Counted from the first letter of the stretch, positions 9,576 to 19,582 are shown. The stretch: 64,000 nucleotides of DNA from Spirochaetia bacterium (GCA_963675665.1 OY776510.1:2496001-2560000), one strand, 5' to 3'. Notes: generated by a model not told the origin, from the sequence alone. Numbers and translations: made by a program.

Positions 9576-11606
9576 ATGAAAGATAGCGAAAGATATTCAA
9601 CGTTTTCAGGTTTCAGGAATATAGCAACCGGAGACTTGGAGGAAATTATTGAGAGAACATATGACTTTCTCCACAATAATGAACAGCAATCCGTTCTGAT
9701 TTTTGATAATAAAACAGGAAAGCAGATTGATTTCAATTTTAACGGAACACTGCAGGAAGTTATGCAGAATAACCTGCCGCCTGAACCCAAAAAAGGGCCG
9801 GGCAGGCCCCGTCTGGGAGTAGTTAACGGCGAAATTTCTCTGTTGCCTCGTCACTGGGAATGGCTGCAGCAGCAACCCCAAAATGCTTCCGCCTCTTTGC
9901 GGAGGCTGATTGAATCGGCTGTTAAGAATACCAAACCTGAGGATGAGGAAAAGCAATGCATAGATGCCGCCGGTAAGTTTATGTGGGTGATTGCCGGAAA
10001 CCTGATTGGTTTTGAGGAAGCCTCGCGGGCGTTATACTCCCGGAAATGGATAATCTTTGATATGCTTACAGCCTCCTGGCCTGATGATGTCAGGGAGCAT
10101 CTTGCGCTGATGCTTGAAAGTGTCAGGAACCCGTTTTCCAAAAACAATATTTATCAATTGAAAACTTTGTCGCCGCTTAAAGACAGTTATGAACAGAACC
10201 TGAAAGGCCGGCAGCCCTGGGAGTTGAACGCGGTAAGTCTTGCTTCCGCGATTGCACAAGGCAAGCTGAATGCTGCAGAAGCAGTTGAATCATGTATCAG
10301 CAGAATAAATTCGGTTAACGGCAGCGTCAATGCCGTTACAACGTTGTTTGCTGATCAGGCGCTTGAGGCCGCTGCTGAAATTGATCGCAGGAGAGCAGCC
10401 GGCGAACAGGTCGGGCCGCTGGCAGGAGTCCCCTTTACGGTAAAGGAAAACCTGGACGTCGCCGGGTATCCAACTACGAACGGAATCGCCGCCATGAAGG
10501 ATGCAACAGCTGCAGCCGACTGCCCTGTTGTTAAAAGATTGCGGGCGGCGGGAGCCATTCCCGTAGGGCATACGAACATGCCGGATTTATCGCTGCGTTT
10601 TCATACAAAAAGTCAGTTATACGGAGCTACTGTTAATCCGTGGAGCAGGGCTTTGTCGCCCGGGGGTTCCAGCGGTGGAGAAGGCGTCGCCCTTGCCACT
10701 GGCATGTCGGCGCTGGGACTGGGAAATGATGCCGGCGGTTCGGTAAGAATTCCTGCGCTTTTTAACGGTATCGCCGCGCTTAAACCGGGATTCGGCCGGT
10801 TCCCATCCGACCGAAGCGCAGGCCCGAGGAATTCACCGCTTGCTTCCCAGCAAATTCCGGTAGAGGGGTTTCTGGCGCGTTCTGTTGCCGATCTTCATCT
10901 TGCCTACCAGATCGCGGCAGGCCCCGATTCCTCGGATCCGAGGGCAGTGCCTGCGCCGTTATTTTATGAAAAGCCCGGAAAGCAGATAAAGATAGCTGTT
11001 GTATCCGATCCCGGGAATTCCGGTGTCGCCGGAGAGGCGGAACGGGCTGTTGATAAAGCCGCCGAAATCCTGGCCGGGGCGGGTTATGCCGTTGAAAGGA
11101 AAGATCTGCCCTTTATTTCGGAAATAACCGACGCATACGGAAAAATGATTATGACTGAATTCTATCAGAGTCTTCCGATGCTGAAACGCCTGTTGGGGCC
11201 TGAAGGGCAGAAGTATATTGAGTTTTCAATGGAGGACAGGAAGCCGACGGACCTGGCTGGATATCTTGAACTTACGGCCATGCGCCAGGGGTTTCAGCGG
11301 GAATGGGCGCAATTTTTTGACAGTTATGCTCTTGTACTCGGCCCTGTATTTACAATGACGGCAGTTCCACCGGATTACGACATCAAAGGCTTTGAACAGT
11401 TCCGTGAAGTCACCCATGCAATGAGACTTTGCTCGGCAAGCAGTTTTATAGGGGTACCCGCCGTGACAGTTCCTGTAGGAATTGAAAATGGAATCCCGCA
11501 GGGCGTTCAGTTGATCGCGGGAATGTTCCGTGAAGACCTGTGTCTTGAGGCTGCTGCGATTGTAGAATCTGCAGCAGGCGTCTTTACTCCGATCAATCCC
11601 CGCTGA
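9576..11606 (+). CDS. DUF2239 domain fused to an amidase-signature (Ser-cisSer-Lys) amidase
   Basis: N-terminal GRPRLGVV...LLPRHWEWL...ASASLRRLIE (DUF2239). C-terminal GVPFTVKEN, SPGGSSGGEG and GNDAGGSVRIPA (amidase signature). Confidence 0.8.
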   Translation: MKDSERYSTFSGFRNIATGDLEEIIERTYDFLHNNEQQSVLIFDNKTGKQIDFNFNGTLQEVMQNNLPPEPKKGPGRPRLGVVNGEISLLPRHWEWLQQQPQNASASLRRLIESAVKNTKPEDEEKQCIDAAGKFMWVIAGNLIGFEEASRALYSRKWIIFDMLTASWPDDVREHLALMLESVRNPFSKNNIYQLKTLSPLKDSYEQNLKGRQPWELNAVSLASAIAQGKLNAAEAVESCISRINSVNGSVNAVTTLFADQALEAAAEIDRRRAAGEQVGPLAGVPFTVKENLDVAGYPTTNGIAAMKDATAAADCPVVKRLRAAGAIPVGHTNMPDLSLRFHTKSQLYGATVNPWSRALSPGGSSGGEGVALATGMSALGLGNDAGGSVRIPALFNGIAALKPGFGRFPSDRSAGPRNSPLASQQIPVEGFLARSVADLHLAYQIAAGPDSSDPRAVPAPLFYEKPGKQIKIAVVSDPGNSGVAGEAERAVDKAAEILAGAGYAVERKDLPFISEITDAYGKMIMTEFYQSLPMLKRLLGPEGQKYIEFSMEDRKPTDLAGYLELTAMRQGFQREWAQFFDSYALVLGPVFTMTAVPPDYDIKGFEQFREVTHAMRLCSASSFIGVPAVTVPVGIENGIPQGVQLIAGMFREDLCLEAAAIVESAAGVFTPINPR

Positions 11607-11665
11607 AAAGCGGGGATGTAATTAGTTATATTGAATAAAAACACAATATAACGTATTGTTTCTAT

Positions 11666-12289
11666 ATGCAGAATCACTGGTTGATCTTCATTACATCGTT
11701 TACTATCGCCTTCTCGGGTGCCATGATGCCGGGACCGTTGTTGAGCGCGACAATTTCGGAGAGTATTCGCCGCGGGCCTTCAGCCGGCCCCCTGTTTATG
11801 CTGGGGCACGGCATACTTGAGATTTTACTGATAGCTGCTCTTTTTCTTGGTCTGGCGCCTTTTCTGAATATTCCTGTTGTGTTCAGGATAATTGCTTTTG
11901 CGGGAGGAGGATTTATTCTGTTTATGGCTGCGGGAATGTTCCGAGATTTGAAAAATTTGCGTATTAATATTGAAAATGCTGCTCCTGTTAAGGGGAATAT
12001 CATTCTCCTGGGGGCAGGTTTAAGCCTTGCCAACCCGTACTGGTTAATCTGGTGGGCAACAATCGGGCTAGGCTATATTCTTTCCGCCGGAAAATCGGGA
12101 TTTCCCGGGGTTGCTGTATTCTTTGCAGGGCATATTATTGCGGATACTGCATGGTATACCTTTGTTTCATTTGGAATTGCCGGAAGTCGCAAACTAATGT
12201 CCGACAGGGTGTACCGGATTCTTATAGGTCTCTGCGCCGGTTTCCTCTCAGTCTATGCGGTTTATCTGATAATTTCAGCATTTATATAA
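11666..12289 (+). CDS. LysE-family translocator
   Basis: GAMMPGP, LGHGILE and SLANPYWLIWW; about 6 transmembrane helices. Confidence 0.85.
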   Translation: MQNHWLIFITSFTIAFSGAMMPGPLLSATISESIRRGPSAGPLFMLGHGILEILLIAALFLGLAPFLNIPVVFRIIAFAGGGFILFMAAGMFRDLKNLRINIENAAPVKGNIILLGAGLSLANPYWLIWWATIGLGYILSAGKSGFPGVAVFFAGHIIADTAWYTFVSFGIAGSRKLMSDRVYRILIGLCAGFLSVYAVYLIISAFI

Positions 12290-12360
12290 TTTCCTGAACG
12301 GTGTACGTTTCTGCGAAATATGTGTAAAATCTCTTCAGCAAACCGGACATTTAAGGGCGT

Positions 12361-13302
12361 ATGGAACAGGCGGCGGCGGGCATTCTTAAAATTATTATAT
12401 TTCTCGTTATCGGCGTATTCTTCAGGAATACGGGAATTCTTAAAGACAGGGAAATGGCCGGGATAAAGAAAATCATCCTTTATGTGGCCATTCCGGCGGT
12501 GCTTTTTCTATCGTTTTCAAGATTGAATTTTAATTTAAGTTTTATTCCGATTACAGCTGCAGTTTTCAGTATAAATTTCATTCTGTTCTGGATTGGAGTC
12601 CTTCTTTTCAAACTGACCGGGTCGAAAAACAGGCTGCTGCCGTTATTTCTGAGTACTATGAACTTCGGACTTATCGGCATACCGCTTTATGAAGCTGTAT
12701 TCGGTCTGGAATATTTACATCACTATACAGTTCTGGGCATCGGGAACGAGATTTTTGTCTGGTTTGTTTTTAATTTTATGTTCAGGTGGTTTTTAAGCCG
12801 CGGTCAGGCAGGCAAAGGAATTAATACGGGATTTATTAAATCGCCGATCGTTTGGAGTATAATTCTCGGGTGTCTGTTCAGCATTCTGAACCTTGATATA
12901 TCGCAAAGCAGCAATTTTATTATCAGGGGGATTTATACAGCTGTTGACGGAGCTTCCGGTATCACTACGCCCCTGATTCTGATTTTTATCGGCTACAATA
13001 TTTCCATCACCACCGCTTATCTGAAACGCAGCGTTATCCTTTTTTTACAGAGATTGACGGCAGCTCTGGCTGTGGGTTATCTGTTAAAATACATCGTCCT
13101 GGATAAGGTGATAGAGGGGTCCGGCTATTATGATTCCGCATTTTTTCTGTTGATAACGCTTCCCCCGATTTTTGCTTTACCGATCCTTGCCGCCGATTAT
13201 CTTGATAATGACGAAAGTGTGCTTTTAAACAACACAATAGTTATTCATGCATTAATAACAATAATAATGTTTTCATTATTTGTTTTTTTTACAGCCGTAT
13301 AA
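12361..13302 (+). CDS. AEC (auxin efflux carrier) family transporter
   Basis: YVAIPAVLFLS and NFGLIGIPL; about 10 transmembrane helices. Confidence 0.75.
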   Translation: MEQAAAGILKIIIFLVIGVFFRNTGILKDREMAGIKKIILYVAIPAVLFLSFSRLNFNLSFIPITAAVFSINFILFWIGVLLFKLTGSKNRLLPLFLSTMNFGLIGIPLYEAVFGLEYLHHYTVLGIGNEIFVWFVFNFMFRWFLSRGQAGKGINTGFIKSPIVWSIILGCLFSILNLDISQSSNFIIRGIYTAVDGASGITTPLILIFIGYNISITTAYLKRSVILFLQRLTAALAVGYLLKYIVLDKVIEGSGYYDSAFFLLITLPPIFALPILAADYLDNDESVLLNNTIVIHALITIIMFSLFVFFTAV

Positions 13303-13358
13303 AAGCTCCGCTTGAAACGGGGCCGGCTTTGTATATACTTAATTAATAGGAGTGCAGA

Positions 13359-14057
13359 ATGAAAAAGATTGTAATAATAAGTATTTTGCTGCTGCTGCTG
13401 CTGGCAGTGCCGCTTTTTTCAGAAGCTGCCGGTATGGAACTGTCTGTTTTTGTTCCCGAAAGCCTTTATCTTCACAATGAGGGAAGCGTAGCGATAACCT
13501 CAGGTTTAAGCACAAGCCTCGGAATGGGGAAATTTATTGAAATACCGATAGGTTTTGATTACTGCAAGCTTCATGGTCTGATGGTTGAGGGCGCTACCGT
13601 AAACGGTACGGCCGTCACCGCGACAAAGCCGTGGTTTATAGCTGATAATTTTCTGCCGTATGCAAAACTGCAGCTGAATCTGCCGATAGGTCCGGTGATC
13701 CTGTCAGCTTTCGGCGGCGGTGCAGTAAGCTGGAATGCCACCCTGACGCCTTTGGGCAGCTTTGCCGCGGATGATCTTGCAGCAGCCGGCGAATATGCCG
13801 GTTTTTCCCAGCTGTCCGCATCAGCCCGTTTCGGATACGGCTGGCTGGCAGGGGCTTCGTTCGGGGTAAATATCGATCCCGTTACAATCAGCATCTTTGG
13901 CGAATACCGGAGTATTACTTCTCCGCTTGAGATGACCGCAGCCTTTTCAACCGGGCCCGCAGGTGATTTGACGACCCAGAATACGGTGGATTCAACGAAC
14001 GCCTCGCTCAAAATGCGCGGTTTCGCAGCCGGTATAGGGGGAAGCTTCGCGTTTTAA
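13359..14057 (+). CDS. Putative outer-membrane beta-barrel protein
   Basis: Signal peptide, amphipathic beta strands, C-terminal GIGGSFAF ending in Phe; SD aggag. Confidence 0.55.
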   Translation: MKKIVIISILLLLLLAVPLFSEAAGMELSVFVPESLYLHNEGSVAITSGLSTSLGMGKFIEIPIGFDYCKLHGLMVEGATVNGTAVTATKPWFIADNFLPYAKLQLNLPIGPVILSAFGGGAVSWNATLTPLGSFAADDLAAAGEYAGFSQLSASARFGYGWLAGASFGVNIDPVTISIFGEYRSITSPLEMTAAFSTGPAGDLTTQNTVDSTNASLKMRGFAAGIGGSFAF

Positions 14058-14093
14058 TACCGGCTCATTTCAAAACTGCTTGTTTTGCCGGCG

Positions 14094-15188
14094 TCAGATT
14101 TCTCCTTTGGGAAGTCTCATTTTGTCGGCACTGAGGATCCGCTCAAGCATTTCGTCCGATATTGTATGGTTGAAAAAGGTCGTATAAAAGCTTCTGGTAA
14201 TCTGTTCAATGTTTACGTCCCTGAAGCGATCCGGATAAAGCAGTTTTGCAGTCCAGACAAGCGCAAGGGGCGTTTCCATTCCACCGGGGTGCCCCCAGCG
14301 TGATATACCGATGGGTATCTGGTATACCCTGTTGTTCTGAACCGCCTTCAGGCCGGCCCATTTCTCATTTGTAAGGATGTATTCATCAACATCCTCCTGG
14401 TTTGCAATAATTACATCGGCATCCCAGAGATAAATCTGCTCAAGGGACGCAAAATACTTGTTGTCATGAAACCTGAGGGGTTCTCCGACTGAAACATTGA
14501 TAGCACCTGTTAACTCTGTCCACTCGGCAGGGAGGGTCCCCGGTGCGTCGGTCCGGACTGCCTCATTGACTGAATGGTAGACCCGGATTCTGTCTTCCGT
14601 GGGGATATCAATTACCCGGGATTCAACAAAATCAATCTGGCGCTGATAATAATTATTATAAGCCTGTGCTTTTTCCTTTTTCCCGATGACGGTTCCTATC
14701 AATTCGATCGCCTTCATCTGTTCTTCGATTGTATTGTATTCTATTACGACATAAGGCAGGTTGAACCTTTCAATTTTTTCTATTTCAGCAGGCATTTGCG
14801 CAGTGTCGCCTTTCAGAAAAATGATGTCCGGGTTCGTTTTAAGCAGTTCCTCAATATTAATAACACCGTCGTCGGACGGGGTTGCGGCTTCTTTTATAAA
14901 CGGGTTGATTTCATTGAGAAGCCTGTCGCGTTTGGAGCCGTAGACAACTGAAACAATGTCTTCGCCTCGGTCCAGCATGGTTACTACATGAACGGTAAAG
15001 GCATAGATGCATGCTATACGTTCAATCCGTCCGGGAATTTCAACCTCACGGCCGAAGCAATCTGTAACTGTCACGGAGGCAGAGGTTTCGCTCTCTGTCT
15101 CCATTTCGACCGAGCCTGAAGAAAACAGAAAGGGAACAGCAAAAACAAGCAACGCTGAAGCAAGTATCAAGACGACCGGGTTTTTCAT
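14094..15188 (-). CDS. ABC transporter substrate-binding protein (Peripla_BP_2; BtuF/MolA-like)
   Basis: VTDCFGREVEIP, NIEELLKTNPDIIF, SLEQIYLWDADVII, LKAVQNNRVY and AKLLYPDRF. Confidence 0.85.
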   Translation of the reverse strand: MKNPVVLILASALLVFAVPFLFSSGSVEMETESETSASVTVTDCFGREVEIPGRIERIACIYAFTVHVVTMLDRGEDIVSVVYGSKRDRLLNEINPFIKEAATPSDDGVINIEELLKTNPDIIFLKGDTAQMPAEIEKIERFNLPYVVIEYNTIEEQMKAIELIGTVIGKKEKAQAYNNYYQRQIDFVESRVIDIPTEDRIRVYHSVNEAVRTDAPGTLPAEWTELTGAINVSVGEPLRFHDNKYFASLEQIYLWDADVIIANQEDVDEYILTNEKWAGLKAVQNNRVYQIPIGISRWGHPGGMETPLALVWTAKLLYPDRFRDVNIEQITRSFYTTFFNHTISDEMLERILSADKMRLPKGEI

Positions 15189-16012
15189 TTGTCGGTTTTC
15201 TCCTGTATTGTTTTAATGGGAATAATGCTTTTCAGCGTACTGTTTCCGATAATGTGGTTTGTCATTGCTGTTTCCACGCCGAATACTTTTTTCATGTTTT
15301 CCGGGTTGAGGACCCCGGAGGGCGTGCCGGTTTTGATTAGTCTTCCGTTATCAATGAGCCCGGCAGAAACAGGAATTCCGCTGTTTTCAAGAAAGAAAGC
15401 GATATAAGGGGAATGGGTTGTAAGAACTACGGAGCGTGTTCCTTCCTTGATTATATCAACTATCATTTCCAGCAGAAGCATTTCGTTTCTGAAATCAAGA
15501 TGGCTTGAGGGCTCATCCATCACAAGCAGCGGAGCTTCCTGAACCAGGGCACGCATTATTAATACCAGCTGGCTTTCTCCGCCGGAAATGCGTGTGTAGT
15601 CCCTGTTTTTCAGATGCGTCAGATTCATCTTGTCGATCAAATCCGATACGGTTTCTTTATCCTTCCTGTCGGGTGAATCAAAAAAACCCGTATAAGCTGT
15701 TCTTCCCATAAGCACTACATCAAAAACGGTGAACGGAAAATTTTTCTTGTGGTTCTGGGGAATATATGCAAGTCTCCGGGCTATCCGGGACGGCGGAAGA
15801 CCGGAAATATCGGCGCCGTCGATAACTATTTTTCCTGACCTTGGCTTGTTGATTCCGAGAAAACAATCAAGAAGGGTTGTTTTCCCGCTTCCGTTGGGGC
15901 CCAGCAGGCAGAAAACTTCCCCGCGGCTGATTTTCAGGGACACATCATGAAGCACGTCAGCCGATTCATACCCGAACGAGACGTTTTCAGCATTGAGAAT
16001 GGTCTTACTCAT
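15185..16012 (-). CDS. ABC transporter ATP-binding protein (FepC/BtuD-like)
   Basis: Walker A GPNGSGKTT, signature ISGGE, Walker B MDEP. Start at 16012 forms an ATGA overlap with the permease stop. Confidence 0.9.
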   Translation of the reverse strand: MSKTILNAENVSFGYESADVLHDVSLKISRGEVFCLLGPNGSGKTTLLDCFLGINKPRSGKIVIDGADISGLPPSRIARRLAYIPQNHKKNFPFTVFDVVLMGRTAYTGFFDSPDRKDKETVSDLIDKMNLTHLKNRDYTRISGGESQLVLIMRALVQEAPLLVMDEPSSHLDFRNEMLLLEMIVDIIKEGTRSVVLTTHSPYIAFFLENSGIPVSAGLIDNGRLIKTGTPSGVLNPENMKKVFGVETAMTNHIIGNSTLKSIIPIKTIQEKTDK

Positions 16013-17028
16013 GTCTGCCAGCCCCTGGCTTTTGTCTTTTTTAAAAGGTATATAAAGAACGGCGCACCGATAAAGGCTGTGAGTATTCCCAGGGGCAGTT
16101 CGCTGCCGGAGATCAGCCTCGACAAATCGTCGACCACAAGCAGAAAACAGCCGCCGAGCGAAAAGCTGAACGGAACAAGGTGCCGGTTGTTGCTGCCTGC
16201 AATCATTCTTCCCATATGAGGGACAATCAGCCCGACCCAGCCGATAACTCCGCTGACGCAGACTGCGCCGGCTGTCGCCAGGGTAGCGCATACAATTACA
16301 AATATTCTCGTTATCCTGATATCAACGCCAAGGGTTTGGGCTTCTTTTTCGCCCATTGCAAGGACGTTTATTCTGTACCGTACCGCGAACAGCCCTATAC
16401 AGCCTGCCGCCATCGGAATGCCCGCAAGCAGGATGTCCTTATAACGGGCTGAAGCAAGACTTCCCATAAGCCAGAAAACAATCGCCGGAAGCTGATCGTA
16501 AGGGTCGGCTATATATTTTAAAAACGACAGCGCAGCTGAAAAAAGAGAGCCTATGACTATGCCGCCGAGCACCAGGGTTATATTGGATGCTGTTTTATAG
16601 ATACGCCCGACAAACCAGCTGAACACAACCGCCAGCCCTCCGAAAAGAAATGAAAACGGGTACACTGATGGATTGCTTCCGAAAAGGATTATCGCAAGCG
16701 CCGCACCAAACCCGGAACCGTTGCTCACTCCAAGCATGCCTGAACTTACCAGCGGATTACGGAACAATCCCTGAAAGGCTGTTCCTGAAACAGCAAGACT
16801 TCCGCCGACCATAACAGCCAGAATTGCCCGGGGCAGGCGAATATAGTTGACAATTCCTGCGGTTCTGGCATCGATGCGGGTCCCGGTAAACGGGTTCAGC
16901 AGGGCTGAAAAAACATCCCTTACGGGAATGGGGTACCGCCCGAGACAAAGAGAAATAATAATCAGTATCAGGGGTGCGGCCGGAATCAGAAAATACAGAA
17001 GCCCGGGCCGCTTTTCCGCGAGTCTCAC
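16009..17028 (-). CDS. FecCD/BtuC-family ABC permease
   Basis: IRLPRAILA, FQGLFRNPLV, GVIGWVGLIVPH and LTAFIGAPFF. Confidence 0.9.
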   Translation of the reverse strand: MRLAEKRPGLLYFLIPAAPLILIIISLCLGRYPIPVRDVFSALLNPFTGTRIDARTAGIVNYIRLPRAILAVMVGGSLAVSGTAFQGLFRNPLVSSGMLGVSNGSGFGAALAIILFGSNPSVYPFSFLFGGLAVVFSWFVGRIYKTASNITLVLGGIVIGSLFSAALSFLKYIADPYDQLPAIVFWLMGSLASARYKDILLAGIPMAAGCIGLFAVRYRINVLAMGEKEAQTLGVDIRITRIFVIVCATLATAGAVCVSGVIGWVGLIVPHMGRMIAGSNNRHLVPFSFSLGGCFLLVVDDLSRLISGSELPLGILTAFIGAPFFIYLLKKTKARGWQT

Positions 17029-17031
17029 TGA

Positions 17032-17451
17032 TTATTCAGCTGTAGAAAAAGATACAGTTTGTTCGGAGCCGAGCAGGCTTCCGTTTTTTGCTGTCAGATC
17101 GGGAGAAATTACTATAATATACCCGGTTCCCGCGGTTAGCGGCCGAACCGGGGTCAACGTTATGGTTCGTTTATTCTCCGGCTCGATCTGATCATCCGGA
17201 AGGTATACGTCAATTTCAATCTCCAGGCCTTCGGGATTAAGCATCCTGAAACAGCCGGAGTTGTTTTCGGCTACCGCCATGTTCACAACATTGTTGCTGA
17301 ATTCAAGCACTACCGCTGTATCTACAGGTATGCCGGCAGCGCCGTCCTGAGGATTTGAAGATTTGAAAGAAAGTGCCTTGTCGCCGGCAAATACATTGCC
17401 CGTGGCTGTAAACAGAATCAGGGCAAGCAACAATGAAATTTTTCTCAGCAT
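17032..17451 (-). CDS. Secreted Ig-like (Big_5/SbsA-type) domain protein
   Basis: Signal peptide; SSNPQDGAAGIPVD, LEFSNNV and DLTAKNGSLLG...FST. Confidence 0.7.
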   Translation of the reverse strand: MLRKISLLLALILFTATGNVFAGDKALSFKSSNPQDGAAGIPVDTAVVLEFSNNVVNMAVAENNSGCFRMLNPEGLEIEIDVYLPDDQIEPENKRTITLTPVRPLTAGTGYIIVISPDLTAKNGSLLGSEQTVSFSTAE

Positions 17452-17494
17452 ATAATACTCCGGATTTTAATTATTTCGCAGGATGCGGAAATAA

Positions 17495-17607
17495 ATCTCC
17501 TTTCCTGACGGGAGGCTTTCGGGTTTCCCTTAAGCCCTTGCCGCGGCGACACCGCGGACCGACTGCAAATCATGGAATTAAATCGTTAGATTATGCAGTT
17601 CGGAGAT
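17495..17607 (-). ncRNA. Moco RNA motif (molybdenum cofactor riboswitch candidate), copy 1
   Basis: Minus strand reads AUCUCCGAAC-UGCA..UCUAAC..CAUGA..UGCAGUCG-CCGCGGUGUCGCCGCGG-AAGGGCUU-GGGAAACCC-AAGCCUCCCGU-CAGGAAAGGAGAU. P1 is AUCUCC/GGAGAU, there is a GAAA tetraloop with a receptor-like element, and the conserved CCUCCCG..GGAAAGGAG tail. Promoter TTGAAT-N17-TAAGCT sits just upstream. Confidence 0.8.
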
Positions 17608-17637
17608 GATCAAGCTTATCATAGAAATCACCGGCAT

Positions 17638-19188
17638 TCAATTGATATACAAATCTTCCCCGTCAAAATAAATGCTGTAATTTTTGTTTTTACCGGACGG
17701 GTACCGTCTGAGAAATGTTTCCGGATCAGTATTTGACAGTTCGTCAAGTATTTCCGGTTTTCGGCAAAGAACAACCTGAAAGGGTTTCCCGGGATTTTGA
17801 AAGGCCTCTTCCGCAGTTCTGCTCCATCTGATCAGGCTGTCCACAACAGGAAAAAGATGATCGAGCCCTGCCCGGTGGAATTCTCTGCGGAAGAAAACGA
17901 CAGCATCTATATTCGTATTCCCGGTATATTTTTCAAATAACTCTGATGGCGTTAAAGAAAGTGCGGCTGCAGCTGTTCCAAACCATGGGAAAGCCTGCTC
18001 CCGGTTATACAGCATGTCGACGGCGGCTGTGAGTTTTTCTGCCTTTCTCATATCGCTTCGGCTGAAGCTGTTACATTCGATTAACTGGTAGGATGGAAAA
18101 CCCTCATGATGTAATCCCAGGGTTTTTGACTTTTCCGTCAGTTCTGTGCCCGGCAGAACGGATAACGGAAAAATATCAATATTGTTCGGAGAGGTGCTTA
18201 CGGCGAAATCGAGAGATTTCATGAATGATTCATAATTGTCAAACGGCAGGCCGTATATAAGATCCAGGCCGAAGGTCAGGCCGTAACCGGACATCAGTTT
18301 GCATTTTTCGAGAAATTTATTACTGTTGAGGTTTCTGTTTATTTCGGTGAGGGCAGCATTGTTTGTTGTCTGAAGTCCTATCTGGAGCGAAACATCAAGC
18401 TCTGCAAAAAGTCCGCACAGTTTTTCGGTCATCAGCTCGGCCCTGATTTCAAATGTATAATGTGCATCGGGATAATTTTTTGCGATCAATTCAAGTACAG
18501 TTTCTGCATGTTTCCGGTTGTGATTGAATGTAGGATCAAGCACCCAGATTTTTTCTATACCGTTATTTTTGAATAACTGAAGTTCCCGCTCAATCCTTTC
18601 GTTTGTAATAGTCCTTATGGTTTTATTTCCTCTCGATTCATAGCAGAATGCACAATTATACGGGCAGCCCCTTGTGATTTCCCAAAGTACGCCGTCATAT
18701 TGACGGGAGGGTGAAATAACAGCCGGGTAGGGTGATTCACTCTCTGTAAAACCGGCGGGAGGAAAGTGTAGAACGGCGGATTTCTGCCTGGGCGGATTTA
18801 AAAGGGTTTCAGCAATAAGCTTTTCCGCTTCACCGATAACGATGAAATCAAATAAACCGGTTTCGGCAAAGCGGGAGGAATCAGCGCTGGGATGGGGTCC
18901 TCCGGTAAACAGCAGCAATCTTTTATTGCTTTTTCTCAAGCCGGCGGCAATTTTTATTATTTCGGCAGAATTCCAGGTGCAGGCGGAAAAGCCGAATGCG
19001 GAGGCGCCTGTTTTCAGCAGCTCTTCTGCTGCCTTTCCAGTGTTAATCGGAAGATAATATTCTTTCATTATTACATCAAACTCAGCGGTTCCCTGATTGT
19101 GTTTCAACGCGGTTTTAATAACGGCAGCTGCCAGCGGAAACGCCGGCGGAGTTTTTTCGACATGGATGGAAATCAGAACTATAGTCAT
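17638..19188 (-). CDS. B12-binding domain radical SAM protein
   Basis: FGFSACTWN, TGGPH and GEAE (B12-binding domain); EITRGCPYNCAFC (CxxxCxxC); DLIYGLP. Confidence 0.85.
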   Translation of the reverse strand: MTIVLISIHVEKTPPAFPLAAAVIKTALKHNQGTAEFDVIMKEYYLPINTGKAAEELLKTGASAFGFSACTWNSAEIIKIAAGLRKSNKRLLLFTGGPHPSADSSRFAETGLFDFIVIGEAEKLIAETLLNPPRQKSAVLHFPPAGFTESESPYPAVISPSRQYDGVLWEITRGCPYNCAFCYESRGNKTIRTITNERIERELQLFKNNGIEKIWVLDPTFNHNRKHAETVLELIAKNYPDAHYTFEIRAELMTEKLCGLFAELDVSLQIGLQTTNNAALTEINRNLNSNKFLEKCKLMSGYGLTFGLDLIYGLPFDNYESFMKSLDFAVSTSPNNIDIFPLSVLPGTELTEKSKTLGLHHEGFPSYQLIECNSFSRSDMRKAEKLTAAVDMLYNREQAFPWFGTAAAALSLTPSELFEKYTGNTNIDAVVFFRREFHRAGLDHLFPVVDSLIRWSRTAEEAFQNPGKPFQVVLCRKPEILDELSNTDPETFLRRYPSGKNKNYSIYFDGEDLYIN

Positions 19189-19260
19189 TTATCCGCCTGA
19201 AAGATTTATCAATAAGCTTTACAGCTTGATTAGTAAAAAAAGTATGATATATTAATTTAT

Positions 19261-19431
19261 ATGAAAAAATACTCTTTATCAATTACGATCCCGATGTTTC
19301 GGAGTCTTGAACAGGAAACGGCTCTGGATGCTCTTCTTTCGAGCAAAAGATTTTGTGCTTATACCAGAACAGTTTATATTGATCAGGCTACACATGCCAA
19401 ATTTGAAAAGTTTATTATCAGATACATCTGA
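19261..19431 (+). CDS. Small hypothetical protein (56 aa), below the ORF-track length cutoff
   Basis: MKKYSLSITIPMFRSLEQETALDALLSSKRFCAYTRTVYIDQATHAKFEKFIIRYI*. Preceded by TTGATT-N16-(TGn)TATATT, with ATG 7 nt after the -10 box. Confidence 0.45.
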   Translation: MKKYSLSITIPMFRSLEQETALDALLSSKRFCAYTRTVYIDQATHAKFEKFIIRYI

Positions 19432-19582
19432 ATCGGCCTGTTTTCCGGTACTTTTATTAGAATTTCGTTAATAAGGGTGAAATCACGAAAATGTCAAGAA
19501 AAAATTTCAGGAATAGCTTGACTTTTTTATTTATAAGTACTATTTTATCGATATAAATAATTCTTGTTAAGAGGAGTATGAA

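Noticed and set aside
16013-16291. N-terminal extension of the ABC ATPase ORF
   Set aside because: It lies inside the permease in another frame. The true start is the ATGA overlap at 16012.
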